DNA from: a virus
Taxonomy: Duplodnaviria; Caudoviricetes
Strand: one strand, 5' to 3'
DNA: 54,921 nucleotides
Virus record (IMG/VR): IMGVR_UViG_3300050003_000010
Span: 1-54,921 of that record
Numbering within the stretch: position 1 is the first letter of the stretch; every line of letters begins with the position of its first letter. Positions 8,924 through 18,319 of the stretch are shown here, piece by piece. The translations under genes and the position numbers were made by a program. The notes beneath the pieces were generated by a model, which saw only the letters and a program-made list of their open reading frames with translations, did no database searches and was not told where the DNA came from.

Positions 8924-9042
8924 CGGGTCCTCCGGTGGCGGCGGTGGGCGACGTGTTCGGCGTGGAGTTGGCGGGCGACGACCAGGCACACGAAGCCGTT
9001 CGTGACGACCAGGCCGGCGGCGAAGACGATCAGGAAGATCAC
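8920..9042 (-). CDS. Small single-pass membrane protein (40 aa, below ORF-track cutoff)
   Basis: VIFLIVFAAGLVVTNGFVCLVVARQL; 4-nt overlaps at both ends. Confidence 0.6.
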   Translation of the reverse strand: MIFLIVFAAGLVVTNGFVCLVVARQLHAEHVAHRRHRRTR

Positions 9043-9215
9043 GACGCGTCTCCGATCAGGTCGGCCGCCCAGGAGCCGCGGCCGGTGTACAGGTCGTCGA
9101 GGTGGCGCTCGATGGCGTCCTCGTCGGCGATGCGGGCGAGTTCACGGCGGAGTTCGCGGGTCCCGGGAGGGGCCGGTGCGAGCCGACCCCTCACGGTCGC
9201 GACGCCGACGATCAC
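9039..9215 (-). CDS. Hypothetical protein
   Basis: GTGA overlaps. Confidence 0.55.
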   Translation of the reverse strand: MIVGVATVRGRLAPAPPGTRELRRELARIADEDAIERHLDDLYTGRGSWAADLIGDAS

Positions 9216-9403
9216 GCCGCGGCCCCGATCGGGCACGCCACCAGCGGAGTGGGGTGGCACTGGCCGCACGTCCACACCGGGCCGGGGCCGTGGTGGATCT
9301 CCCGCCCGTGGACCGGGCACGCCCGCCAGGTCAGCGGTTCGGGCAGGTCGGTGGCGACACTGTCGACGGCTAGCGGCCGGCGCAGAGCCGACGCGGCGAT
9401 CAC
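9212..9403 (-). CDS. Small Cys/His protein
   Basis: CPVH...CGQC; GTGA overlaps. Confidence 0.55.
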   Translation of the reverse strand: MIAASALRRPLAVDSVATDLPEPLTWRACPVHGREIHHGPGPVWTCGQCHPTPLVACPIGAAA

Positions 9404-9921
9404 GCGGCACCTTCCTCGATCGCGGGCAGCACCAGGTGCGCCAGCGCGCCCGCCTGCCACGCGGCACCGATCGCGGCCTTGCCGTCCTTGCTCAGCCGCA
9501 CCGAGTGCGTGCGCGACCTCGTCGCCTTGATCTCCACGCCCGGCACCTTGTGGATCTCGCCGGTCTCGGAGTCGATGATCTGCGGGGTATTCGCCGCCGT
9601 GATCTCTCCGAGGATCTTGCTCACGAACGCCGGCTGTACCTCGGTGACCACGCGCCGCTTGATCTCGGTCTCGTAGTTCTCCCGCACCCACGCCAGGAAC
9701 GCCTGCGGGTCGGTGACCGTCGCCTCGGGCTTGGGGTCGGTGAGGCTGATCGTGCCGACCTTGGTGCCGTCCGGCAGCGTTGCCGCGACCTGCTGCACGC
9801 CCCTGTTCGTCGTGTCGAGCGCGGTCTGCACCTCGGCCCGAACGGACTTGAGCTCATCGCTGATCGCGTCGAGCAGGGCCTTCAGCACCGCTTCGCGCTG
9901 CGCCAGGTCGGGGAGGCTCAC
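9400..9921 (-). CDS. Recombination-module protein (Gam/Gp157-like)
   Basis: VTDPQAFLAWV...ETGEIHKVPGVEI pattern; coupled to Bet. Confidence 0.55.
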   Translation of the reverse strand: MSLPDLAQREAVLKALLDAISDELKSVRAEVQTALDTTNRGVQQVAATLPDGTKVGTISLTDPKPEATVTDPQAFLAWVRENYETEIKRRVVTEVQPAFVSKILGEITAANTPQIIDSETGEIHKVPGVEIKATRSRTHSVRLSKDGKAAIGAAWQAGALAHLVLPAIEEGAA

Positions 9922-11009
9922 GCCGCCTCCCCGAGGAACAGGTCGCGCATCTGCCGGAGTTCGCCCACCGACGCCGCCTCGAGGGCGTGGCCGTAGGACG
10001 CGAAGAAGTCCGACTCCAGGACGGGCGTGGGGATATCGAGCGCCGCAGCCGCGTCGAGCATCTCGCCGCGCGCGACGGCGACCTCGTCGGCGTCCTCCGG
10101 TACCAGCTCGCTCTCGACGACCTCGGTGCCGGCAGACTCCTCGTTCGACTCCCCGGGCGACTTCGGCGGGGCGAACCGCTCCCCGATCAGGTAGAGGTAG
10201 GCGCCCAGTTCGCCCCGGGTGCCGTCCGCCGCCGTGACCTGCTCGGTCAGCAGGCCCCCGGATTTGGCCCGGTTGTACAGCTCGCGGAACGTCGCCCTGT
10301 CCGTCAGAGCGCCCGCCTCGTCGGCGATCACCTGGGCGGGACTCGGCGGCCCCTGTGTATCCCACATGCCGGGGTCGACCGCCTTGGACTGCACCACGAC
10401 CGGCGCCGGGTCGTCCGCCTGCGCCATCTCCTCGGCCGTGTACACCCCGGCCAAGTCGTGCGGGAATGCCCGCCTGAGCGCCAGCGCTTCGCAGCACTTC
10501 GCGATCTGACCTGCGGGCATCTTCGCCCACAGGCCCATCAAGTTGCCGTCGCGAAAGGTCTGCGCGTACTCGCTGAACCGGGCCACCGCGGAGAACCGCG
10601 CGCCGTTCCGGATCACCGTGACCTTCGCGGCGGCCGGGGGCTCATCCGCCAGCCACACGTCCCGCCACTGGCCGGACGAGTCGCACCACAGCGTGTCTTC
10701 GTAGCCGTAGGTGCCGGCGGTCTGGGCGGTGACCCGCTGGGCGATGACGCGGTACCCGTCGATACCGGTCTGAGGCGTGAACACATCACGCCCGGCCTTC
10801 TTGTCGTATCGGCCGATCAGGTAGATCTGGCGGGAGAACGGGTCCAGGCCGGTGCGCTGGCACAGGTGCAGGAACCCGGACAGCTCTGCGGTGGTGACGC
10901 TCTCGCCGATGCCGGACTGCCGAAGGACGGCGCCCTGTTCGGGAGTCCATGTGGTCTGGTCGGGGCGGATGGCGAGCGTGCCGCCCGCCTTCGCGATCTC
11001 GGTGCTCAC
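9918..11009 (-). CDS. bet: Phage single-strand annealing protein, Bet/RecT family
   Basis: FLHLCQRTGLDPFSRQIY...TGIDGYRVIAQR...WAKMP..QIAKCCEALALRRAFP. Confidence 0.92.
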   Translation of the reverse strand: MSTEIAKAGGTLAIRPDQTTWTPEQGAVLRQSGIGESVTTAELSGFLHLCQRTGLDPFSRQIYLIGRYDKKAGRDVFTPQTGIDGYRVIAQRVTAQTAGTYGYEDTLWCDSSGQWRDVWLADEPPAAAKVTVIRNGARFSAVARFSEYAQTFRDGNLMGLWAKMPAGQIAKCCEALALRRAFPHDLAGVYTAEEMAQADDPAPVVVQSKAVDPGMWDTQGPPSPAQVIADEAGALTDRATFRELYNRAKSGGLLTEQVTAADGTRGELGAYLYLIGERFAPPKSPGESNEESAGTEVVESELVPEDADEVAVARGEMLDAAAALDIPTPVLESDFFASYGHALEAASVGELRQMRDLFLGEAA

Positions 11010-11191
11010 TCGGTGTCTCCTTCGTCGTCCCGCACGAGCCCGCGGCAGCAGCCGGCGGGGCAGTCGAGCGCGGGGTTGTACGGGCTGATGCCGGTCTCCC
11101 GGCAGGTGGCGCAGGGGGCCCAGCCGTGGGCCGCGGGGGCCGCCGCCGCCCTGGGGGGCTGGGCAGCGGCGGCAGTCGAGGAGGCGGTCAC
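11006..11191 (-). CDS. Small Cys-rich protein
   Basis: CATC..TG...CPAGC; overlaps. Confidence 0.55.
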   Translation of the reverse strand: MTASSTAAAAQPPRAAAAPAAHGWAPCATCRETGISPYNPALDCPAGCCRGLVRDDEGDTE

Positions 11192-11850
11192 GCGGAGGCC
11201 TCGGCGGTGGGAGCAGGCCGCGGGACCGGGGTCAGCGGGCCGTGGTGCGAGCGCAGGTCACCCAGCGGCTCCCAGTCGGCCTGGCCGAATTGAGCAGTGA
11301 GGCGGTCGCGTTCGTCGACCTGCCGCATCAGCGGCTCGTCGTACTGCCAGTCGCCGTGGTGAGCCCAGTGGTAGCCCCGGATGTCCACGTAAGGCACGCT
11401 CAGGTCGAACACCTCGACGGCGAGGATGTGCGACGCCTCGTCGACCTGGGCCTCGATCGCCTCGGCGACGATGCCGCAGTCCCACCACTCCTGCCAGTCC
11501 AAGCCGGAGGCGGTCAGAACCCGGCCGCCGGACAGTTCGATCGCGACGTGCGTGGTCTCACGCACCCACTCCGGGACGCGGCCCGCAACCTCGTGCTTGT
11601 CCATCTCGGCGCGGTGCACCAGCCGCCGCAGCAGGTCGACCTCCGCGAGCAACTCCCTCTCCAGCGCGGACCCGAGACCGGCCATGACGCGGATCTGGTC
11701 CAGTCGCGCCGCCGACATCGCAGGCGCCGGAGTGTCGCCGCACCATGCACGACAGACCAGAGACCGGGCGGCGTGCCTGTCGGTGACCACGGTCAGGACC
11801 GCGCCGGAGAAGACGCCCAGCCCGCACAGCGCGCAACGGGGCTCCTTCAT
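11188..11850 (-). CDS. Hypothetical protein
   Basis: MKEPRCALCG; ATGA overlap. Confidence 0.65.
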   Translation of the reverse strand: MKEPRCALCGLGVFSGAVLTVVTDRHAARSLVCRAWCGDTPAPAMSAARLDQIRVMAGLGSALERELLAEVDLLRRLVHRAEMDKHEVAGRVPEWVRETTHVAIELSGGRVLTASGLDWQEWWDCGIVAEAIEAQVDEASHILAVEVFDLSVPYVDIRGYHWAHHGDWQYDEPLMRQVDERDRLTAQFGQADWEPLGDLRSHHGPLTPVPRPAPTAEASA

Positions 11851-12455
11851 GAGGCACCGCCGACCGTCGCCGGGATCGCACAGTGCAGGTCGTACCGGCG
11901 GATACCGTCCACGATCGAGTGGCACACCCACAGGAACCACGGGTCGAACTCCCGGAAGCTCCACTCCCACACGTCCGAGAACTCGAAGCCCTTGAACTCG
12001 AAGTCCTGCAACAACCTGCGGGCCTCGGCCTCGTCGGCGAGGTCCCAGTCCAGAACCTCCGCGCGAAGCGCCTTGCCCAGGCCCCGCGGGGCGTCGCCGA
12101 ACCGGACCGCGTCGACGAAGTGCTCGGTCACGACCTGTCGGAACACGGCCTCGTCGTACGCCTCACACGAGAGCCGGCCACCCTCCGTCTTCGTCGACCA
12201 GTAACACGGGTTGATACGGCCGCCGTCGGAGCGGAAGAACTTGAACATGTCCGGCTGTCGCGTGAAGATCCGCCCGCCGTCCATGTCGCCCCGCACCGCG
12301 AGGGATCCCGGCCAGGTGATCAGGTCGAACCAGTACTCGGAGTTGCCCGGCTGTGCGAAGTGCAGGTGCCGGTACAGGCCTTCGTCGTGCAGGACGGTCA
12401 TCTCGTGCTCGGCCGTCTCGCGCTTGAAGCGGGCGGCGATGTCCTCGCCGTTCAC
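11847..12455 (-). CDS. Conserved phage hypothetical protein
   Basis: HEMTVLHDEGLYRHL.F..PG.SEYWFDLITWPGSL..RGD motif. Confidence 0.8.
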   Translation of the reverse strand: MNGEDIAARFKRETAEHEMTVLHDEGLYRHLHFAQPGNSEYWFDLITWPGSLAVRGDMDGGRIFTRQPDMFKFFRSDGGRINPCYWSTKTEGGRLSCEAYDEAVFRQVVTEHFVDAVRFGDAPRGLGKALRAEVLDWDLADEAEARRLLQDFEFKGFEFSDVWEWSFREFDPWFLWVCHSIVDGIRRYDLHCAIPATVGGAS

Positions 12456-12880
12456 GCTGCACCGCCCGACTCGGCCGCGACAGCAGCCCGCTCCAGCGCG
12501 TCGAGGACCTCGTCGACCGTGCGGTCCAAGAGGTCGTCGTTCCAGTCGGTGAGTGCGTCCGTCGGGTGCTCGCGCGGGTCGCGCAGCAAGCCGAGCTGCT
12601 CGGCGAGCCGGCGCTCCGCGACGAGAACGGCGCCCGTCGAGTACGGCGCGTCGTCCGACCACGTGGTCCCCGTGATCGCCACCCGAAGGGCGCCGACCAC
12701 GTCGACCGCGCTGCCGTCCGTCGCCCTGGCCCCGGTGGTCAGTTCGTAGCCCTGAGCCCAGCCGTTCGTGCGGATGATCTCGGCGGCCCGCCGGTACATG
12801 GCGGCGAGTTCGGTGCGCTCGCGCTGGCACCGGTACTCGATCAACTCGCGAACGCTCTCGCGCTCCCTCGGTGTCGTCAT
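12452..12880 (-). CDS. DUF6197-like protein
   Basis: AAEIIRTNGWAQG...VVGAL...WND...RTVDEVLDALERAA. Confidence 0.65.
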   Translation of the reverse strand: MTTPRERESVRELIEYRCQRERTELAAMYRRAAEIIRTNGWAQGYELTTGARATDGSAVDVVGALRVAITGTTWSDDAPYSTGAVLVAERRLAEQLGLLRDPREHPTDALTDWNDDLLDRTVDEVLDALERAAVAAESGGAA

Positions 12881-13089
12881 CGGGTCGTCTCCCCGGTCGT
12901 CGTGTCGGTGGTAGCCCTGTGCAGCCACGAGGCAGGCGGCTCGGCGGCCGGGTCGATCCACTGGGCGCGGTCCTCCGGCGAGGCCATGTCCCACTGGTCC
13001 AGGGCGAGGAGGTGGTCGCACGTCTCCCAGTCCGCGTCCGACCAGGTAGAGGGATCCCCGTGCTTGCGGGCCCACTCGGCGGCCGTCAC
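12877..13089 (-). CDS. Hypothetical protein
   Basis: VTAAEWARKHGDPSTWSDADW; overlaps. Confidence 0.6.
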   Translation of the reverse strand: MTAAEWARKHGDPSTWSDADWETCDHLLALDQWDMASPEDRAQWIDPAAEPPASWLHRATTDTTTGETTR

Positions 13090-13463
13090 GACGCACCACC
13101 GGCGGGCGGCGCCTCGGCCGCAGACCCGCGCACCACTGCGGCAACCGCAGGCGGCACCGGGGCGGCAACCGACTCCCGCATCCGCGTCAACACGGCGTTC
13201 ATGAACCGCAACGCGATCAACATCCCCGCGCGCTGCTCGCCGTCCTTGGTCCTCGCGACCCTGGCCAGCTCGGCCAGCTCCGACTCCAGGAGCGCGACCC
13301 ACACGTCCCGGTCCGCGTCCGCGATCCGCGCCGCGATCTCCGGGGAGAGCAGCATCTGCTGGTCGGCGAGGCGCTGAGCGGCGCTCATGTAGGGGTCGTT
13401 GCCGTAGTTCGTCATGAACGCGCTGGCGATGGTGTTCGCCGCCAGCTCGACGGAGGACGTCAT
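13086..13463 (-). CDS. Hypothetical protein
   Basis: ORF 125 aa, overlaps. Confidence 0.65.
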   Translation of the reverse strand: MTSSVELAANTIASAFMTNYGNDPYMSAAQRLADQQMLLSPEIAARIADADRDVWVALLESELAELARVARTKDGEQRAGMLIALRFMNAVLTRMRESVAAPVPPAVAAVVRGSAAEAPPAGGAS

Positions 13464-13975
13464 CGCGGCACCTGCGATCCGACGCCCAGCGCCAGCAGAT
13501 CGGCCGTGGTCTCGCGGACGTAGGCGCGGATGTCCGTGTACGCCCCGGACTCCACCGCCTCCTGCACGCGCTCGGCCAGCGACACCAGGGCCGCCTCGAC
13601 CAGCTCGTCACGCGTCGGCGACGGCGACGGGCCACCCAACTCCAAGCGGGTCGCCACCTTGAGGGCCTCCTTCAGGGGAGCCCAGATGTGCACGCGGACC
13701 GTCAGGCTGGCCGGCGGCATCTCGTACAAGTCGCCGAAGCCGAACCGCGGGGCCGTGACCACCGCGAACTGCTTCGACTCGGGCATCGCCGGGCAGTCGA
13801 CGACCGCGATCTGCTCGTCCCTGTACGGGCGCCGACTCACGGTCTTCGGGGTGAAGCCGATACGCGGCTGCTGCACGCGCAGGGCCTCGATGATCGCCTC
13901 CTGCGCGCGGGAGTCCCGGGCCTGGACGGCGCGGTCGACCTCCCCGCACGTCAGGTGGGCCATAAGCTTGCTCAT
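13460..13975 (-). CDS. Hypothetical protein
   Basis: MSKLMAHLTCGEVD; AGGA RBS. Confidence 0.65.
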   Translation of the reverse strand: MSKLMAHLTCGEVDRAVQARDSRAQEAIIEALRVQQPRIGFTPKTVSRRPYRDEQIAVVDCPAMPESKQFAVVTAPRFGFGDLYEMPPASLTVRVHIWAPLKEALKVATRLELGGPSPSPTRDELVEAALVSLAERVQEAVESGAYTDIRAYVRETTADLLALGVGSQVPR

Positions 13976-14068
13976 ACGTCCTGCCACCTCTCTCTGTGTC
14001 TTCAGGGATCTCTGGGTTGTGGTGGGGCGGCGGGTCGTGCCGTGAAGGGGCGCGGCCCGCACCTGCGT

Positions 14069-14386
14069 CTAAGGGGCGTCGAAGTCCTCGGTCGGGCTCT
14101 CGCGCAGCTCGTCGACATGGGGGTGGAGACCCGACGGGTCGGGGCCCCGGTCCCGCAGCGGCACCGTGAGCACCTCCCACTCCCCGTTGTCCGGGTGGTG
14201 GAACAGCTCCCGAGACCAGCCACCGACGAAGCTCACGTGGGAGCCGTGCTCATCCGTCGTGCCCCTGGCCTGCGGGTTCTCCCCCAGGGCGATCAGCCGG
14301 TCCAGGTACATCGCAGCCATCCGGTACGCCTCTTCGACAGCGATGTCGTGGAGGTCCGTCAAGGCGAGGCGCTCGCGCTGGTTCAT
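14069..14386 (-). CDS. Hypothetical protein
   Basis: ORF 105 aa, GGAGG RBS. Confidence 0.7.
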   Translation of the reverse strand: MNQRERLALTDLHDIAVEEAYRMAAMYLDRLIALGENPQARGTTDEHGSHVSFVGGWSRELFHHPDNGEWEVLTVPLRDRGPDPSGLHPHVDELRESPTEDFDAP

Positions 14387-15090
14387 GCGGACACCTCCGC
14401 GAAGGCGCGCTCCAGAGCTGCTGCCGGATAGGTGTTGACCCGGCCGAAGGTCGCGTCCTGTCGAGGTCGAGGCTCCTCGCCCACCTCGCGGGTCAGTGCA
14501 GACGCCTTGCGGCCCACGCGCGCCAGATACGGACGGCTCGTCGGGAAGTCGTGCAGCTTCGCGAATCCGAGCGCCGTGAACCAGTCGTAAGAGCCCTCGA
14601 TCGCGGCGACCTTCGCGGCCGTGACCGCCTGCTTCTGCTCCAGGGCTGCGAGGCGCTTGCGGTCGGCCCGCAGTGCGCGGAGCATCCCGTCCAGCATGTC
14701 CAGGTCGTCGCTGCCCTGGGTGGTAGCGAGTTCGGCCTCGTGAGTGCGAACCGCGAAGTACGCCTGTGCCGCCGCGACCTCCGGCTTATTCGGGTCGCCG
14801 TTCATCGCGACCAGGTAGGCGGCGAAACGGGTGAGCCGGTAGTCCTGCGGGGCGCGTCCGCTCTGACCTGCGATTTCCTGGGATCCCAGGAAATTCGAGT
14901 CGACGTCCATGCCCTGGTTCCGAGCGGCGGATCGGGCCCGATTCAGCGCCGGGGTCAAGTTCTCCCAGCGCCGGTAGCCCATCAACGGCTGGAGCTTGCG
15001 CGCCGACCAGTACTCATTGCCGTGCTCGTCGGTCTGGCGGATCGCGTCGAACGGCGAAGTGCCGCTCGGCTGAGGGATGATGGTGCTCAA
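14383..15090 (-). CDS. Phage antirepressor (DinD/Bro-like N-terminal domain)
   Basis: PFDAIRQ...EYWSARKLQPLMGYRRWEN...DYRLTRFAAYLVAMNGDPNKPEVAAAQAYFA; TTG start with AAGGAG. Confidence 0.85.
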   Translation of the reverse strand: MSTIIPQPSGTSPFDAIRQTDEHGNEYWSARKLQPLMGYRRWENLTPALNRARSAARNQGMDVDSNFLGSQEIAGQSGRAPQDYRLTRFAAYLVAMNGDPNKPEVAAAQAYFAVRTHEAELATTQGSDDLDMLDGMLRALRADRKRLAALEQKQAVTAAKVAAIEGSYDWFTALGFAKLHDFPTSRPYLARVGRKASALTREVGEEPRPRQDATFGRVNTYPAAALERAFAEVSA

Positions 15091-15152
15091 GACTTGCTCC
15101 TTGTAGGGAAGGGGTGGGTCCAGGCCGGTCCTTCGGGGCCGGCCGGTTTGCG

Positions 15153-15389
15153 TCAGGCGGCGCCTTCGAGGGCCGCGGCCTCCAGCTCGTCCAGCCAGGC
15201 GTCCACCCGCCAGGCGCGGACGGCGTGCTTGGCGCCGACCTTGAACCACGGACCGGGTCCGTAATTCGTCTGGCGCCAGTTGCGGACGGTGCTGGGGTCC
15301 ACGCCGAACATCTCGGCGATGTCCCTGGTCAGGTAGACCGCCTTCGGCGTTGCCGGGGACTTCGGGTTCTTCGACTTCGGGGTGTCCAT
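15153..15389 (-). CDS. xis: Excisionase / AlpA-like HTH protein
   Basis: LTRDIAEMFGVDPSTVRNWRQTNYGP..FKVG...VDAWL. Confidence 0.8.
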   Translation of the reverse strand: MDTPKSKNPKSPATPKAVYLTRDIAEMFGVDPSTVRNWRQTNYGPGPWFKVGAKHAVRAWRVDAWLDELEAAALEGAA

Positions 15390-15463
15390 CGAGTTCTCCT
15401 CTCGCCGTTCCGACTATCGATACAAGCTGTGGTGACTCGTGAATGTAGTCATTCGCGGCATGC

Positions 15464-15712
15464 CTATGTGTCGCTGTCGAACAGGTTCTTCACCGGCTTG
15501 CCCAGGGCTTCCGCCACGAGCGCTGCGGTCCGAGGGCGGTTGTTCTCGCGACCTGATGTCCCCAGGGAAACGAGGGATCCGATAGCGGACTTGGAGACGC
15601 CCTCGCCATAGGGGTCGATTTCTCGGGTGCGCTTCGCCAGTCGGGTGATGGACAGGCCGGCTTCGTCCATCGCTTCTCGGATCGGCTGGCCTTCGTCCCG
15701 TCTGTGGTGCAT
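15464..15712 (-). CDS. Cro-like HTH regulator
   Basis: IREAMDEAGLSITRLA...VSKSAIG...AALVAEALG.PV.NLF; divergent from repressor. Confidence 0.8.
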   Translation of the reverse strand: MHHRRDEGQPIREAMDEAGLSITRLAKRTREIDPYGEGVSKSAIGSLVSLGTSGRENNRPRTAALVAEALGKPVKNLFDSDT

Positions 15713-15769
15713 TGCTGCCCTTCGGGGGAGAGCGGTATACGCCACCGGCGTGCAGACGGCGTGGATTTT

Positions 15770-15960
15770 GACTACATCCGGGGCTCGATTGTGGTTCGTG
15801 CACCCGGTGCTGATGACTACTTTCACGCCGAATGTAGTCGCTGTCAAGGCGTCCGATGGCGTCCTAACAGGGAACTTTGGTGAAGATTCTGTATCGTCGC
15901 AGGTCGGATGTAGTCGTCATGATCAAAGACTGTGTCTCACTACACTTGAGCGGATGTAGA
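15770..15960. promoter_or_regulatory. Genetic-switch operator region (G[G/A]ATGTAGTC motifs)
   Basis: GACTACATCC 15770, GAATGTAGTC 15830, GGATGTAGTC 15906, GGATGTAG 15952; another GAATGTAGTC at 15441. Confidence 0.65.
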
Positions 15961-15969
15961 AGGTGCGAC

Positions 15970-16338
15970 ATGCTTCCCGTTGTGGACGCGTTGGCACGCC
16001 TCATCAAGACGCGGCTGGACGAGCTCGGCTGGAAGCAGGCCGAACTCGCCCGGCGATCCGGCGTGCACCCCGCCACGCTCAGTGCCTGGCTGCGGGAGGA
16101 TCGCGCCAAGGGCACCCGGGGGCCCGACCCCAAAAAGCTGAGGGCGGTTGCCCTCACGCTGGGCATCCCGGTCGCGGACGTCTTCGAAGCCGCCGGCCGC
16201 ATCGTCGATCAGGGCCTGGAGCCGGACGAGGAGGAGCGCTTCCTTCGCATGCTGCGCTCCCTCACCAAGGACGGCCGTGAGATGACGTTCGCCGCGATGC
16301 AAGCACTCATGGGGCACTCCGGCCGTCAGTCCGAATAG
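15970..16338 (+). CDS. Immunity repressor, XRE-family HTH
   Basis: LDELGWKQAELARRSGVHPATLSAW...LRAVALTLGIPVADVFEAAG; position between cro and int. Confidence 0.88.
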   Translation: MLPVVDALARLIKTRLDELGWKQAELARRSGVHPATLSAWLREDRAKGTRGPDPKKLRAVALTLGIPVADVFEAAGRIVDQGLEPDEEERFLRMLRSLTKDGREMTFAAMQALMGHSGRQSE

Positions 16339-16346
16339 ATCGCCGA

Positions 16347-16378
16347 ACCGCCGGTTCCGTCGGGGCCGGTGCTTTTTG
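16347..16378 (+). terminator. Intrinsic terminator after repressor
   Basis: CCGGTTCC-GTC-GGGGCCGG hairpin followed by TGCTTTTT. Confidence 0.7.
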
Positions 16379-16510
16379 ATGCCTCGATCCGGTGGCTGAT
16401 TTGGGTTCTTATGACTGCGCGTCAGCAGACTGTTCGTAACCAAACGTGATCGCCTGTAGCCACTTCTCAGATCTTTCACGTCTGGAATCGGCGAGTGCTT
16501 GATCGGTCGC

Positions 16511-16810
16511 ATGATGCGAGTAGCTTGGTCAGACCGTGTCCTCCGTCGCGGCCCTGATGCATCCGCTGCGCTCTTGGGGGGACCTGTGTGCGTTGTCGTC
16601 ACCGTCTGTTCTGACGTCGACTCGGCCCGGCCCGTCTCTTTCAGCCACGACGAGGCTGAGATCTTGCTGGACCCCGACGTTGCTGTGGGGCAACGTCTGC
16701 TATACGTGCAAGCCCTGTTGATCTTCCTAGGCATTGCTCAACGCGAGGGCGTGGCGACATGCCGGTGTGGGGAGCGTGTCCGCATTCCCGGAGATCACGA
16801 CGAAACGTAG
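16511..16810 (+). CDS. Hypothetical protein with C-terminal CRCGE motif
   Basis: Fills the repressor-integrase gap; weaker codon bias. Confidence 0.5.
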   Translation: MMRVAWSDRVLRRGPDASAALLGGPVCVVVTVCSDVDSARPVSFSHDEAEILLDPDVAVGQRLLYVQALLIFLGIAQREGVATCRCGERVRIPGDHDET

Positions 16811-17074
16811 TCAAGTTCGCTCTTTTGGGTGAGCTATGCAGCTATGGCTACAGGTTGTCAGTGATCGAGCGTAGAGTGCCGTTCGCCGTTGGGTTGTCAC
16901 GGAGGCACTCGGCGGTGACGCCCCCTGCCGTAGAAAGCGGCAGGGGGCGCCATGGGCTCCGGGCACGGCACAGCGATGCACGTGCCGCCATGAGAGTAGA
17001 GCGCGAAGTTCCATTCGGCATCCTGCGCATGACCCAGGTGGCAAAAACTTGACCGATTCCTGACGGGGAGAGTC

Positions 17075-18319
17075 ATGGCCGGGTACATCGAAGATCGCTG
17101 GATGAACAAACGGCCCCACAAGGAGACCGGCAAGCGCGAGCGTACTGCCCTCTGGGGCAAAGGGAAGCGCTACCGGGTCAAGGGCATCCCCGGCGTCGAG
17201 GATCGCTCGTTCGACTCCTCCGCCGAGGCGAAGAAGTGGAAGTCGACGGCCACCACGGACAAGAGTCGCGGACAGTTCGTCGACCCCCGGCGCGGTGACA
17301 TCACCCTCAGGGACTACGTCGACAAGCACTGGTGGCCCAGTGTCCGGTACCCGCCGTCCACACGCGAAGGCGTCGAGTACCGGGTCTGGGGGCACATCCT
17401 TCCCCACCTGGGATCGACGCCCCTCAACGGCATCGGAACGGACGAGATCAACGCCTGGGTCGTCAAGGCCGAGGCGAGCATCGAGCCGAACCACGTCAGA
17501 ACCTGCTGGCGCCACCTGTCGTCGATCCTCCAAGCTGCCGTCGAGGCGAAGCGCATCGCCGTCAACCCCTGCCGCGGCCACAGCACGGCGCGCCCGCCGG
17601 CCAAGCCCAAGCAGACCGTTCGCTCGCTGGACCAGGCGTCGATGTTCCTCGTCCGCGAAGCTCTCGTCGAGCGCTACCGACTCCTTCTCGACCTCGGCAT
17701 CGGGAGCGGCCTGCGCCAAGGCGAGGCGTTCGGCCTGAGTCCGGACGACATCACGGACGATCGGCTGCATGTCGACCGGCAGGTGCTCCGCATCAAGTCG
17801 AAGCTGTGCTTCGGGCCACCCAAGGGAAACAAGACGCGAGCCCTGCCGCTCGCGCCCGCCCTGGCGGATGCCATCCGTGAGCACGCGAAGCGCTTCCCGC
17901 CGGTCGAGGTGGAGTTGCGGTGGGTGGACCCGGACCGACCGAACATGCCCTGGGAGGACCGGCCGAAGATCAAGGTCCTGCTGCTCAACGCGACGGCGCA
18001 CAAGAACGCGATCAACCGGACCGACTGGAACGCGATGATCTGGAAGCCGGCACTGGAGGCGGCCGGCTTGGTCTCCAAGATCGAGGGCTCGCACCTGTAC
18101 GAGGCATCGCGTGATCTCGGCTTCCACATTGCTCGCCACACGTTCGCCTCGGTGATGCTGGAGGCCGGCGAGTCGATCGTGACGCTGGCACATCTGCTCG
18201 GCCACAGCGACCCGGCGTTCACGCTCAGGACGTACACTCATTTCATGCCGAACGCCGGCGCGCGCGGAGTGACTGCGATGGACGCCTGGCTGCGAGCGAC
18301 TCCCCCGAAGAGCGAGTGA
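17075..18319 (+). CDS. int: Tyrosine integrase
   Basis: GLRQGEAFGL, PKG, FHIARHTFAS, LGHSD...TLRTYTH catalytic motifs. Confidence 0.97.
   Translation: MAGYIEDRWMNKRPHKETGKRERTALWGKGKRYRVKGIPGVEDRSFDSSAEAKKWKSTATTDKSRGQFVDPRRGDITLRDYVDKHWWPSVRYPPSTREGVEYRVWGHILPHLGSTPLNGIGTDEINAWVVKAEASIEPNHVRTCWRHLSSILQAAVEAKRIAVNPCRGHSTARPPAKPKQTVRSLDQASMFLVREALVERYRLLLDLGIGSGLRQGEAFGLSPDDITDDRLHVDRQVLRIKSKLCFGPPKGNKTRALPLAPALADAIREHAKRFPPVEVELRWVDPDRPNMPWEDRPKIKVLLLNATAHKNAINRTDWNAMIWKPALEAAGLVSKIEGSHLYEASRDLGFHIARHTFASVMLEAGESIVTLAHLLGHSDPAFTLRTYTHFMPNAGARGVTAMDAWLRATPPKSE

Noticed and set aside
16759-17052. Extra CDS upstream of integrase
   Set aside because: Poor codon bias and no clear RBS; more likely the int promoter/regulatory region.
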